Below are positions 8,603 to 17,989 of a DNA stretch of 64,000 nucleotides, in pieces. The position numbers and the translations under genes are program-made. Within the stretch, counting starts at the first letter, position 1, and every line of letters starts with the position of its first letter. The notes below the pieces were generated by a model that worked only from the letters and a program-made list of their open reading frames with translations, was not told where the DNA came from and searched no databases. Source of the stretch: Flavobacteriales bacterium (GTDB lineage Bacteria > Bacteroidota > Bacteroidia > Palsa-965); NCBI GenBank assembly GCA_040377305.1, contig JBEIPA010000013.1:87093-151092 (forward strand), in the 5' to 3' direction.

Positions 8603-10105
8603 TACGAGTGCGGTTCCAGTCATTTCTTTGGGCGACCCGATCTCCATCAATTTCAACAACGTCGGTGCAACATCCGCCAAACGTCCGTTCTGAATATTCG
8701 TGTATCGGTCATCAAGGAGAATACACGGAACAGGATTCGTGGTATGTGCAGTGTTTGGTGTTCCGTCAGGATTCACCATGTAATCTGCGTTGCCGTGATC
8801 GGCGATGATGATGAAAGAGTAGTTATGTTTCTTTCCCGCTTCAACTACTTGTTTGAGACAAGCATCAACGGTCTCGAGTGCTTTCACCACTGCAGAAAAA
8901 ACGCCGGTGTGACCAACCATGTCGGGATTTGCGAAGTTGAGACAAACAAAATCCGGTTCTCCGCGTTCGAGTTCAGGAACGATCAGTGATGTCAGTTCAT
9001 TCGCACTCATCTCGGGCTGCATATCGTACGTCGCCACTTTCGGCGATGGAGCCATCAAACGTTTTTCACCGACAAATTCTTTTTCTCTTCCACCGGAAAA
9101 GAAAAAAGTAACGTGCGGATACTTTTCTGTTTCTGCAATGCGGATTTGTTTCTTGCCGGCAGCTTCAAGCACTTCACCAATCGTATTGCGAAGATCTTCT
9201 TTCGAATACACCACATTCACATTTTTGTACGTGTGATCGTAAATGGTCATCGTGGTGTAGTGAAGCGGCATGGTTTTCAATCCATGCTCCTGCATATCTT
9301 TTTGTGTAAGCGCAATGGTAATTTCACGGCAACGATCTGTTCTGAAATTGAAACAGAAAACCGCATCGCCTTCTTTGATCAGTCCGTCTTTGTTCAGAAT
9401 GACCGGAAGAATGAATTCATCGGTAACGTCTTTCGCGTATGAATCGCGAATTGCATCTTCAGCAGAGTTTGCAGAAACTCCGATTCCGTTCACCATTGCA
9501 TCATAGGCAACCTTCACGCGTTCCCAGCGCTTATCGCGATCCATTGCGTAGTACCGACCGGTGATTGTTGCAATACTGCCCGTCGATTGTTGCAGATGCG
9601 CATCAAGCTGTGAAATATAGCCGAGTCCGCTTTTGGGATCTGTATCGCGACCATCTGTGAATGCGTGTACGAAAACATTTTTCAGTCCGTGCGATTTACA
9701 GATATCCAGAATGTGGTGAAGATGCTCCTGTGTTGAGTGTACACCACCATCGGAAACTAAACCAAGCAGGTGAAGCGACTTTCCTGTGCTCTTCACGTAA
9801 TGCATCATTGCAAGAATAGCTGGTTCATTGTCAATGGTCTTCTCGCGACAAGCAATATTGATTTTTGCTAAGTCCTGATACACCACGCGACCGGCACCAA
9901 TGTTCAAATGCCCAACTTCAGAATTTCCCATTTGACCATCGGGCAACCCAACATCTTCGCCGGAGGTTTTGAGGGTGCTCCACGGTTTAGTTGCAATCAG
10001 CTCATCGTAAAAAGGGGTATGCGCATGCTTGATCGCATCGGATTGTGAACCGTCGCCGATTCCCCATCCATCTAGAATGATCAATGCGGCTTTTCTATTG
10101 CTCAT
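8600..10105 (-). CDS. gpmI: 2,3-bisphosphoglycerate-independent phosphoglycerate mutase
   Basis: LIILDGWG, GQMGNSEVGH, SDGGVHS, AETEKYPHVTFF, NPDMVGHTG, ADHGN; start at MSNRK. Confidence 0.98.
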   Translation of the reverse strand: MSNRKAALIILDGWGIGDGSQSDAIKHAHTPFYDELIATKPWSTLKTSGEDVGLPDGQMGNSEVGHLNIGAGRVVYQDLAKINIACREKTIDNEPAILAMMHYVKSTGKSLHLLGLVSDGGVHSTQEHLHHILDICKSHGLKNVFVHAFTDGRDTDPKSGLGYISQLDAHLQQSTGSIATITGRYYAMDRDKRWERVKVAYDAMVNGIGVSANSAEDAIRDSYAKDVTDEFILPVILNKDGLIKEGDAVFCFNFRTDRCREITIALTQKDMQEHGLKTMPLHYTTMTIYDHTYKNVNVVYSKEDLRNTIGEVLEAAGKKQIRIAETEKYPHVTFFFSGGREKEFVGEKRLMAPSPKVATYDMQPEMSANELTSLIVPELERGEPDFVCLNFANPDMVGHTGVFSAVVKALETVDACLKQVVEAGKKHNYSFIIIADHGNADYMVNPDGTPNTAHTTNPVPCILLDDRYTNIQNGRLADVAPTLLKLMEIGSPKEMTGTALV

Positions 10106-11060
10106 TGGTGTACGGAATATCGATTGTAAAAATACTTCCTTGTGGTGTGTTGTCGGAAATTGTGATTTTCCAACCATGCATTTCTGCGAGGTAATTTGCG
10201 ATGTACAATCCCAATCCTGTTCCTTTTGTACTGCGGGTTTCTTCATTGCCGGTGCGATAGAAGCGCTCGAACACGGTTTGTTTGTAGTCATCTGCAATAC
10301 CTTTTCCTTCGTCGGCAACAGTAAGAATAACACGGTTGTCTTTTCTCTCCAGTGCAACGGTAATTGTTGTCTCAGCTTTCGAGTATTTCGCGGCATTCTC
10401 AATGATGTTAGCGATTACAGAATGTGCTGCTACATCATCGAAGTCGAATTCAATCTTCTTGTCAATCTTCAAATTGAATTTATGGTTCTGGCCAACTCCG
10501 TGCGAGATTTTGTCAGCGAGCTGTTCTACGAAGTGAGAGAAGTCGCGTTTGCTGGTTTGTAATGTGAATGCCGCAGTGTCAATTCTCGCTGCGAGCAGGA
10601 TATTTCCGATAAGTGCATTCAATCGCTCCGTGTCTTCCAGTACGTTCGAAAGAATTTGCGATTGTTTTTCTTTCGGAAGATCACGCTTCAATAGTGTTTC
10701 AGCCTGTAAACCTATTGACGCAAGCGGTGAACGTAATTCGTGTGTAACCGAGAGCAGGAAGTTCTTCTGACGCTCTGCAAGCAGTTCTTCGCGACGAAAA
10801 GCAACACGCGTACGTTGTATGGCCCAGGTGAGCAGTGCGAGAAATACGATTCCTTCTCCGATGATCATCCAACGGCGCTTTGCAAGATCACTATCCACTT
10901 TCTCGGGCTGATAGTAAGTAGTCACCGATTGTTTCTGAAGCTCCGCAACACTGTTGTTGGTTCGGATTAACAAATACGCCCACCACGAAAATTGGAGCAG
11001 TACATACACCATGAGCACATAAAAAAGCAGAAGAGGCCGCGGTGTATTGGATTTGTTCAT
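10095..11060 (-). CDS. Sensor histidine kinase
   Basis: Two TMs; THELRSPL H-box; ENAAKYS; DEGKG; GTGLGL. Confidence 0.95.
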   Translation of the reverse strand: MNKSNTPRPLLLFYVLMVYVLLQFSWWAYLLIRTNNSVAELQKQSVTTYYQPEKVDSDLAKRRWMIIGEGIVFLALLTWAIQRTRVAFRREELLAERQKNFLLSVTHELRSPLASIGLQAETLLKRDLPKEKQSQILSNVLEDTERLNALIGNILLAARIDTAAFTLQTSKRDFSHFVEQLADKISHGVGQNHKFNLKIDKKIEFDFDDVAAHSVIANIIENAAKYSKAETTITVALERKDNRVILTVADEGKGIADDYKQTVFERFYRTGNEETRSTKGTGLGLYIANYLAEMHGWKITISDNTPQGSIFTIDIPYTNEQ

Positions 11061-11065
11061 TACTT

Positions 11066-11073
11066 CAAAGGTA
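11066..11073 (-). promoter_or_regulatory. Bacteroidota -7 promoter element (TACCTTTG)
   Basis: Matches TAnnTTTG, 5 nt before the kinase ATG. Confidence 0.6.
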
Positions 11074-11080
11074 TAGAAAG

Positions 11081-11106
11081 AAAAAGTCCGCCGAAGCGGA
11101 CTTTTC
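11081..11106 (-). terminator. Intrinsic terminator
   Basis: aaaaagtccgccgaagcggactttt. Confidence 0.7.
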
Positions 11107-11161
11107 AAAGGGGAATACTGTAGTGAACAAACCCATGAAAACTACACCCGTTCCCCAATTT

Positions 11162-11605
11162 CTATTTCGTGACTTTCGTATTTACTGTTTCTGCAACCCC
11201 ATTGCGGATAACTTCTCCGTCTTTCTGTAGCTGCGTCATATCCGTTTCAAGCTCTGTCAATTGCATTTCATTCCGCGTCTGGTTCGTAGTGTCTGCCTGA
11301 ATCAGTTGCAAGCGATGACTCGCCAGTTTCGCATGATATGTTTCAAGAATCTCGTTCTGCTTGCTGATCGTTTCGAGACCGTGACTATTGCTGGTAACAC
11401 CCATTTCCTGGCTGTATGCAGTAACATTTTCCTGCTGAATTTTATTCAACTCTTTCAGCATCATGTCGAATCGTACAATCTCCTCGCGGATCTGTGCAGC
11501 GCTTCCTGTTGCTTTTGTGTCAGCTTTACTTTCCTGGCACGCACTATAACTGATTCCAAAGAACGCCATCATTATTGCGGCAATCGGAAGAAGTATATTT
11601 TTCAT
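11162..11605 (-). CDS. Hypothetical coiled-coil lipoprotein
   Basis: Lipobox YSAC; helical mature region. Confidence 0.75.
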   Translation of the reverse strand: MKNILLPIAAIMMAFFGISYSACQESKADTKATGSAAQIREEIVRFDMMLKELNKIQQENVTAYSQEMGVTSNSHGLETISKQNEILETYHAKLASHRLQLIQADTTNQTRNEMQLTELETDMTQLQKDGEVIRNGVAETVNTKVTK

Positions 11606-11762
11606 TTGCTCACTGTGAAATTGACGTTACAAATGTAAATACTGTTTCTACGATCGAACGAGATATTAGACGACACTCGAACACAAATGGACGGAAGGGT
11701 ATTAGTGTGCGATGAGTGTTTTATTTACGCACTTCAGGGGTGCCGGACAAAAACCGGACAAC

Positions 11763-11797
11763 AAAAAAGCCTGTCTGAGCAATGTCAGACAGGCTTT
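11763..11797 (-). terminator. Intrinsic terminator
   Basis: aaaaaagcctgtctga-gcaatg-tcagacaggcttt. Confidence 0.8.
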
Positions 11798-11814
11798 CAA
11801 ATCGGTATTACTTC

Positions 11815-13932
11815 TTACTGTTTAACGAATGTCAAAGTTGCTTTTACATCAGCACCTTCGAGTGATACAGAATAGTTACCTGCGCTGAGTCCAGCCACAT
11901 CAACCATTGCTCTGTTGCCACCGTTCACGCTCTGTGTCATTACAACTTTACCAGTTACATCCATAACGCGGATTGTAGTAACAGTTGTGTTTACGTCCCA
12001 AGTGAGGTTGAGAACTTCAACCGCAGGGTTTGGTGCGATAACAATTGAGCTTGTGAAGATTTCGTTGATTCCAACACAAGCGTTTACAACGATCGTAGAA
12101 GAATCACTTCCTGAACAACCGCTGCTATCTGTGTAAGAATACACAATTGTGTGTGTGCCTGCACCAGCAGTTGTAGGATCAAGGCTAGCTCCTGAAACTC
12201 CAGGGCCAGAGTATGTACCACCTGCAGGGCTTCCTGAAGTCAATGCCACGTTTGCATCATCAACGCAAACTGCAGAGAATGTTCCAAGCGTAACAGTTGG
12301 ATTTGTATTAACCAGTGCAGTTGTAGAAGTAGAATCCATGCAACCATTAGCATCAGTTACCACGTAAGTGATTGTGTGGTTGCCCGCACCTGCAGTTGCA
12401 GGAGTGAACATGCCACCAGATACACCAGGACCAGCATACACACCACCAGCAGGACTTCCGTTCAATGATACAGCTGCATCATTAAGACAAGACGAACCAA
12501 CTGAAGCAAGTGTTGCAACCGGAGGCTGATTCACTACGATTTCAATAGTAGAACTGTTCCAGCAACCGTTAGCGTCCATTGCAACTACAGTATAAGTTGT
12601 AGTCGAAGTTGGAGTTACACTAACACTTGTTCCTGTTAATGCACCAGGATTCCAAGCGTACGTGTTGCTTGTATCCGCAGCCATCATCGTAGTTGATCCA
12701 CCAAGACAGAATGTGTCTTGTGCAGCGCTCAACGTTACAGAAGGAACCGGGTTTACGGTTACAGTGATTGTGTCAGGTGCACCATTCAATGAGCAAGTTC
12801 CATTTACAGCCATTGCAACTACTGTGTAAGTGCCAGGAGCTGCAGTTCCCGAAGTGATCATGATCATGTTTGTGTTCTGACCGCTAAGGAAATTCAAAGC
12901 AGCATCAACTGTCCAGGTATAGAACGTCGCTTCTGGATCAGAAGGCGTCATGAAAGAAAGTGTGTCTTGTGAAGAAGCGCACATCGACATTGCAGCACCA
13001 GTAATTACTGCAGGTGAAGGCGTAGGATCTTCATAAGTAAAAGTCACCATTCCATCACCAATCCAGATTCCGTTGGTCATAGATGCGTTTGCTCCAGTAC
13101 CAGTGAAAGATGAACCACCGGCACCACCGCCGCCAGCACCTTTGTCGTTACCAGAACAGCCTGTAGTTCCTGCAGAACCACCGCCGCCGCCGCCGCCGCC
13201 AGCGAATCCACCTCCGCCACCACCACCAGCAGGAATAGAACCAGCTGAGAAGCAACAGCATGACTGGCCAGCACCACCGGCACCACCAACTCCACCAACC
13301 GCAGAAGCCCCTGGCTGACCAAGGAAACCACCACAGCCGACACCAGCTGCACCAGCACCAGCACCTATACCACCAAATCCACCGCCAGCGTCACCGCCAG
13401 AAGTTGGAGAGTTCTCTCCGTTTTCTCCGTTACCGCCACCACCAAGACCACCATCGCCACCAGCACCCAATGAGCTTTCGCAACCACCGCGTCCGCCACC
13501 GCCACCGCCACCGGCAACGATAATACGATTCGCTTCAGCTGAACCGCCGAAACGTACGTCAGATGCTCCACCACCGCCACCAGCGTTCTGTGAACCACCG
13601 TTAGCACCACCGTTGAATCCACCAGTTGGAGTTCCACCTTGTCCACCAACGTAAATCTCGAAAACATCTCCAGTGTTTACAGGAAATGTAGCTTGAGAAT
13701 AACCACCCAAAGCACCAGCACCGCCGGTTTGAGTGAATGTTGAAATGCTTGCGCCATTAGCACCAGCACCCCCTTGTGCGCCCCAGCAGCTGATCGTAAT
13801 CGAATCAACGCCGCAAGGCACGGTAAATGTTTGCGTACCACCTGTAAAGTTGTACGTGGAGCTTACCGTTTGAGCCGATGCCGATAAGGCAGCGAATACG
13901 GTTACCGCTCCAATGAGGTAATTTTTTACCAT
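11815..13932 (-). CDS. Glycine-rich (ALK/LTK-type Gly-rich domain) T9SS cargo with Ig/PKD-like repeats
   Basis: QTFTVP...WGAQGG, GGGGGASDVR, RIIVAGGGGG; repeated PAGG.YSGPGV...AGAG.HTI.Y; C-terminal APNPA CTD. Confidence 0.85.
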   Translation of the reverse strand: MVKNYLIGAVTVFAALSASAQTVSSTYNFTGGTQTFTVPCGVDSITISCWGAQGGAGANGASISTFTQTGGAGALGGYSQATFPVNTGDVFEIYVGGQGGTPTGGFNGGANGGSQNAGGGGGASDVRFGGSAEANRIIVAGGGGGGGRGGCESSLGAGGDGGLGGGGNGENGENSPTSGGDAGGGFGGIGAGAGAAGVGCGGFLGQPGASAVGGVGGAGGAGQSCCCFSAGSIPAGGGGGGGFAGGGGGGGGSAGTTGCSGNDKGAGGGGAGGSSFTGTGANASMTNGIWIGDGMVTFTYEDPTPSPAVITGAAMSMCASSQDTLSFMTPSDPEATFYTWTVDAALNFLSGQNTNMIMITSGTAAPGTYTVVAMAVNGTCSLNGAPDTITVTVNPVPSVTLSAAQDTFCLGGSTTMMAADTSNTYAWNPGALTGTSVSVTPTSTTTYTVVAMDANGCWNSSTIEIVVNQPPVATLASVGSSCLNDAAVSLNGSPAGGVYAGPGVSGGMFTPATAGAGNHTITYVVTDANGCMDSTSTTALVNTNPTVTLGTFSAVCVDDANVALTSGSPAGGTYSGPGVSGASLDPTTAGAGTHTIVYSYTDSSGCSGSDSSTIVVNACVGINEIFTSSIVIAPNPAVEVLNLTWDVNTTVTTIRVMDVTGKVVMTQSVNGGNRAMVDVAGLSAGNYSVSLEGADVKATLTFVKQ

Positions 13933-14000
13933 AAGATAGTTGTTTGTTAGGTTATGACTGCTCCTGTGAAATCACCACAGGAGCCGAGTATAAAGCGTCG

Positions 14001-14008
14001 CAAAGTTA
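14001..14008 (-). promoter_or_regulatory. Bacteroidota -7 promoter element (TAACTTTG)
   Basis: TAnnTTTG upstream of the glycine-rich gene. Confidence 0.6.
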
Positions 14009-14282
14009 GAATCCTTTCGATGTAGAAATCAATATTTGTAGAACTATTTTCGCATGCAGATATGAACCAAAAGTGACTGAATAACTGCCTTTTTAGGTTA
14101 TGCAGACAGTCAGTACTGGAATAGGGCGGCTTTTTTTGCGAAAACCACTAAAACTGGGTTGCTCACTTGCGATATTCGCTTGAAATGCACCAACCATCGG
14201 GTGTAATTTTAAATGCATCGTATTGTTGAAGAGGTCGGGGAAGATTCCGCGTAGAAACTGATAGCAATCCGATGTTACTGAA

Positions 14283-14948
14283 ATGAGATTTCTCTACCTG
14301 TTCATTCTCTCATGCACCCTCGTTGTTCCGCTCTTTGGGCAGGAACCGGGTTATTATTTTGGCCCGCGACTCGAACTTGGGCAAGCGCAGTTCACAGGAC
14401 AAACGGGCTTCTACAACGGACTTGCATTGCAGATCGGACTTACTTCGAGCCGGCAGTTCACGGAGAGTTTTGCTGTGCAGTTTGTGCCCTTCATCGGAGT
14501 TTACAACGGTCAACGACAGAACGGAGAAGGAGATGGCAGCTATCCGAACGGCACACGAAAAGTGCTGACGTATCGCGACAAGTATAATATCTACAGCGTA
14601 GAATTTCCTTTGCTCGTAAAATTCAGCGGAGGTTTCAGGCGTGCCCACTTTTCCGTTTTTGGTGGGCCTTCACTGGGCTATATCATGGGCGGAACACGTT
14701 CGAAGCAATACGATGATGCCAATCACAATGCAGAACATGGTTACAGCGGTCACGCAATGGAAGATCTCAAACGTGGCATGTATTCCGGAGAAATTGGCGT
14801 TGCTACAGAGCTGAAAAGCGCGAAAGGATTAGTCGTTATCGACTTTCGTATTCATCGCAACTTGTCTCCATTGGGGCGACTCGAAGGAAACTATTTCACC
14901 GCAAACATGATGACAATTGGTCTCGCATGGACGTTTAATGCGCTTTAG
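14283..14948 (+). CDS. Outer-membrane beta-barrel protein (PorT/OMP_b-brl-like)
   Basis: Signal peptide; YSVEFPLLVKF...FGGPSLGY pattern; aromatic C-terminus. Confidence 0.7.
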   Translation: MRFLYLFILSCTLVVPLFGQEPGYYFGPRLELGQAQFTGQTGFYNGLALQIGLTSSRQFTESFAVQFVPFIGVYNGQRQNGEGDGSYPNGTRKVLTYRDKYNIYSVEFPLLVKFSGGFRRAHFSVFGGPSLGYIMGGTRSKQYDDANHNAEHGYSGHAMEDLKRGMYSGEIGVATELKSAKGLVVIDFRIHRNLSPLGRLEGNYFTANMMTIGLAWTFNAL

Positions 14949-15088
14949 ACAATGGTTGATCCCATGAATCACTGATCCCATGATGCAATCATCGCCGCAA
15001 ATACCATTGGAAATCACCGTTTTCTGAGAATAAGACACCGAAAAACGAATAAAATCAATGTTTTTTTTTGAGATTTGATTGTACCCCT

Positions 15089-15096
15089 TATATTTG
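15089..15096 (+). promoter_or_regulatory. Bacteroidota -7 promoter element of the tRNA (TATATTTG)
   Basis: Consensus match with upstream TTTG. Confidence 0.75.
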
Positions 15097-15110
15097 CACC
15101 CCGTTTCAAA

Positions 15111-15185
15111 GGGAGCATAGCTCAGCTGGTTCAGAGCATCTGCCTTACAAGCAGAGGGTCACAGGTTCGAATCCTGTTGCTCCCA
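15111..15185 (+). tRNA. tRNA-Val (anticodon TAC)
   Basis: GGGAGCA/TGCTCCC acceptor stem; D arm GCTC/GAGC; anticodon loop with TAC; GGTTCGAATCC T arm. Confidence 0.97.
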
Positions 15186-15196
15186 CAGATAAAACG

Positions 15197-15226
15197 AAAA
15201 GCCGACCCCGAAGGGCCGGCTTTTTT
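15197..15226 (+). terminator. Intrinsic terminator after the tRNA
   Basis: aaaagccgaccccgaagggccggctttttt. Confidence 0.75.
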
Positions 15227-15338
15227 ATTGGAATTAAAATCAAGCTCCGCTTGAATTTTAATAACGATAAATAAGACGGAAGCGCGATAGCGCGGTTGGT
15301 TTTTCGTTTTACTTCGGGACGCGAAGGTTCACGCAAGT

Positions 15339-15354
15339 AATCCTGTTGCTCCCA
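15339..15354 (+). repeat. Duplicated tRNA-Val 3' end (att-like)
   Basis: aatcctgttgctccca identical to 15170-15185; followed by a second terminator (aaaagtcgcc-taaca-ggcgactttt). Confidence 0.85.
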
Positions 15355-15445
15355 AAAAGTCGCCTAACAGGCGACTTTTTCCTTTTAATAGATGTACTAC
15401 AGTAACGAAGGTGCCCGTGGCAAATACACTCATGTGTTATTCTTT

Positions 15446-15477
15446 TAGCACATTAGCACACTAACACATTAGCACAT
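15446..15477. repeat. 8-mer tandem repeat (tagcacat) x4 next to the folC stop
   Basis: tagcacat tagcacac taacacat tagcacat. Confidence 0.8.
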
Positions 15478-15478
15478 T

Positions 15479-16771
15479 CTAAAGCACTTCTGCCACAACA
15501 AACGTCGATCCACCCACGAAAATGAGATCGTTTTTGTTCGCCTGGTCTTTCGCTGCCTTCAACGCTGTCTTCACACTTGGAAACGCAGCTCCCTTCAAGC
15601 CAAATTCACCAGCAGCTACTTGTAGTTCTTCCGAACTCATTGCGCGTGGTAAATCAAACGAACAGAAATAGTAACTCGCATTTTTCGGAAGCAGAGAAAG
15701 TATCTTGCCCGGATCTTTATCATTCACCACACCAATTACCATGTGCAGTTTTTTATATGTGGTATGTTTGAGCTGGGTAATTATTTCGCGAATACCACCT
15801 TCGTTGTGACCCGTATCTGCAATCACCGGCGGATTTCTTCCAATGGTTTGCCAACGCCCAAGTAATCCGGTTGTCTCTGCAACATCACGAAATCCTTTTC
15901 GCATCGCAAGTTCATCTACGTTCCATCCTAAGCGACGCAATTCTTCAAGCACTGCAATGACCGTGACGAAATTCTTTTTCTGATACTCGCCAATCAATGA
16001 TGAACGTACAGTGACTTTATAACCGGCACGCCCAGCAAGATCAGCAACAACATGTGGCGACGGAACATCACTCACATCCCACTTGCGTACGGAGAAAACT
16101 TTATCAGCAAACATAACCGGTGCACGTTGGGCCGCTGCTTTCGCAACAAAGACGTGAGAAATTTCAGGTTGCGATTCTCCGATGATCACGGGAACATCAC
16201 GCTTGATGATTCCTGCTTTCTCCTTCGCAATTTTCTCCAGCGTGTTGCCCAGAAGATTCATGTGATCGTAACTGATATTGGTGATCACAGAAACTTCAGG
16301 AAGTATCACATTCGTGGAATCCAGTCTTCCACCTAAACCTGTTTCGATGATCGCAATGTCCACTTTCTTCTCGCGGAAATAATCAAACGCAAGTCCAACA
16401 GTCCATTCGAAAAAAGAGAGATCAATTTTTTCGAAATCAACTTTGTGTCGCTCAACAAATGCCGCGACTTCATCTTTCGAAATCATTTTTCCGTTGACAC
16501 GAATGCGTTCACGAAAATCTTTCAGATGCGGTGAAGTGTACAAGCCGGTTTTATATCCCGCTGCCTGTAATACACTCGCGAGCAAATGAGAAGTTGAACC
16601 CTTCCCATTTGTACCCGCGATGTGAATGCTTTTGAAACTCTCGTGCGGATTGTTCAGCGCTTTGCAGAGAGCAATTGTATTCGAAAGATCTGCTTTGTAT
16701 GCTGCAGGACCGATGCGTTGAAACATCGGCAGACGACTGTATAAATAATCCAGCGTCTGTTGATACGTCAC
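15479..16771 (-). CDS. folC: Folylpolyglutamate synthase/dihydrofolate synthase
   Basis: HIAGTNGKGS, YTSPHL, ETGLGGRLDSTN, EKAGIIK, DTGHN. Confidence 0.97.
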   Translation of the reverse strand: MTYQQTLDYLYSRLPMFQRIGPAAYKADLSNTIALCKALNNPHESFKSIHIAGTNGKGSTSHLLASVLQAAGYKTGLYTSPHLKDFRERIRVNGKMISKDEVAAFVERHKVDFEKIDLSFFEWTVGLAFDYFREKKVDIAIIETGLGGRLDSTNVILPEVSVITNISYDHMNLLGNTLEKIAKEKAGIIKRDVPVIIGESQPEISHVFVAKAAAQRAPVMFADKVFSVRKWDVSDVPSPHVVADLAGRAGYKVTVRSSLIGEYQKKNFVTVIAVLEELRRLGWNVDELAMRKGFRDVAETTGLLGRWQTIGRNPPVIADTGHNEGGIREIITQLKHTTYKKLHMVIGVVNDKDPGKILSLLPKNASYYFCSFDLPRAMSSEELQVAAGEFGLKGAAFPSVKTALKAAKDQANKNDLIFVGGSTFVVAEVL

Positions 16772-17577
16772 TTCAGTGTGAAGTTAAACGAGATGACACA
16801 CTGTACAATTTCCGGACGATCATCATCGGCATTGAAACGCACTTTGTAGGCCGACTGTGTTGCCGTTGCTTTCAACTGTGGATTTCCGGTTGTCGATCCA
16901 CCAGTCGTTGCTTCTGCTTTCGTAACAGAACCATCACGATTCACAGAAACACGAACAGAAACTACACCTTCTTCCTGAGTTGGATTTGCAACATCGGGAG
17001 AGTATTCAATGCGGATGGTTTTATTCGTTCCACCGTTTCCACCTTGTCCGGGAATTCCTCCATCACCAGGTCCAACACCGGGACCATTTCCATCACCGAT
17101 TCCTGTGCTGTATGGACCCGAGTTACCTTGTCCTCCAACCGAAACAGAAGTGTTGTTCTTTTTATTCTTCAGTTTGTCGAGCAAGGCTTGTGTTTCGCTG
17201 CTTACCGATGGTTCTGCATTCGGTGTAGGCTGCGCGTTCGAATGAACATTTGATTCAGAATTCGGATTGGTAATTGCACCGGTTTGTGATGGATTTGAAT
17301 TTGCATCGGTTGGATCACTGTTCTGGGATCCCGGATCACCCGTGTTGCCTTGTGATCCTCCACCCATTACTTGATTTGTTCCTCCGGGCATTGGACCATC
17401 GTATAATTCAATCGAAAGTGTTTCCGGATCAGGTGGAATTGCCGGAATGGGTGTTACGATCTTAATCAGCCACAAAAGCAACAATAGTAAAATTGCGAAT
17501 GACGCGGTAAGAATACCTGCCGTCGTGTGAGCGCTCTTATCAGGGCGGTCATCAAAAATCTCAACTGCGCTTGTCAT
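16768..17577 (-). CDS. tonB: Energy transducer TonB
   Basis: Single TM, Gly/Pro-rich linker, EEGVVSVRVSVNRDG C-terminal domain; in an exbB-exbD operon. Confidence 0.85.
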   Translation of the reverse strand: MTSAVEIFDDRPDKSAHTTAGILTASFAILLLLLLWLIKIVTPIPAIPPDPETLSIELYDGPMPGGTNQVMGGGSQGNTGDPGSQNSDPTDANSNPSQTGAITNPNSESNVHSNAQPTPNAEPSVSSETQALLDKLKNKKNNTSVSVGGQGNSGPYSTGIGDGNGPGVGPGDGGIPGQGGNGGTNKTIRIEYSPDVANPTQEEGVVSVRVSVNRDGSVTKAEATTGGSTTGNPQLKATATQSAYKVRFNADDDRPEIVQCVISFNFTLK

Positions 17578-17583
17578 GATATC

Positions 17584-17982
17584 TTATTTTGATGGGTTTA
17601 CCGACAAAGCAAATTTAATCCCTAATTCTTGTTCGATCTGCATTACATCTGCCAGATCCTGAACGGTGAGCGACTTATCCATGAATAAGATTACACTCTT
17701 CGTGTCTTTTGCTTTCGTTTCTGCCTGAATGACTGGCTTGAGCTGGTCAAAAGGAACAGGCGCATTGTTAACATAGTAATTATGCTGCGCATCTACGGAA
17801 AGTGTCACTTCACCTTTTGTAATCGTTGCATTGGTTTTCGAGGTCGGCACTTCCAGTGGAATCACGTTCGGATTGACCAGCGTCGAGATAATGATGAAGA
17901 ACAAGAGCAGGAAGAACATGATGTCGTTCAGAGATTCTGTAAAGACTTCTGCTCCTTCTCTTTTATGTTTTCTGAGTTTCAT
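17584..17982 (-). CDS. exbD: Biopolymer transporter ExbD
   Basis: SLNDIMFFLLLFFII TM with the conserved Asp. Confidence 0.93.
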   Translation of the reverse strand: MKLRKHKREGAEVFTESLNDIMFFLLLFFIIISTLVNPNVIPLEVPTSKTNATITKGEVTLSVDAQHNYYVNNAPVPFDQLKPVIQAETKAKDTKSVILFMDKSLTVQDLADVMQIEQELGIKFALSVNPSK

Positions 17983-17989
17983 GTTGCGC

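Noticed and set aside
10106-10402. N-terminal extension of gpmI in the ORF track
   Set aside because: It overlaps the kinase gene in another frame; GpmI similarity starts at MSNRK (10105).
13073-13667. Pro-rich, His-rich and Val-rich ORFs
   Set aside because: Alternative frames of the poly-Gly codons of the 11815..13932 gene.
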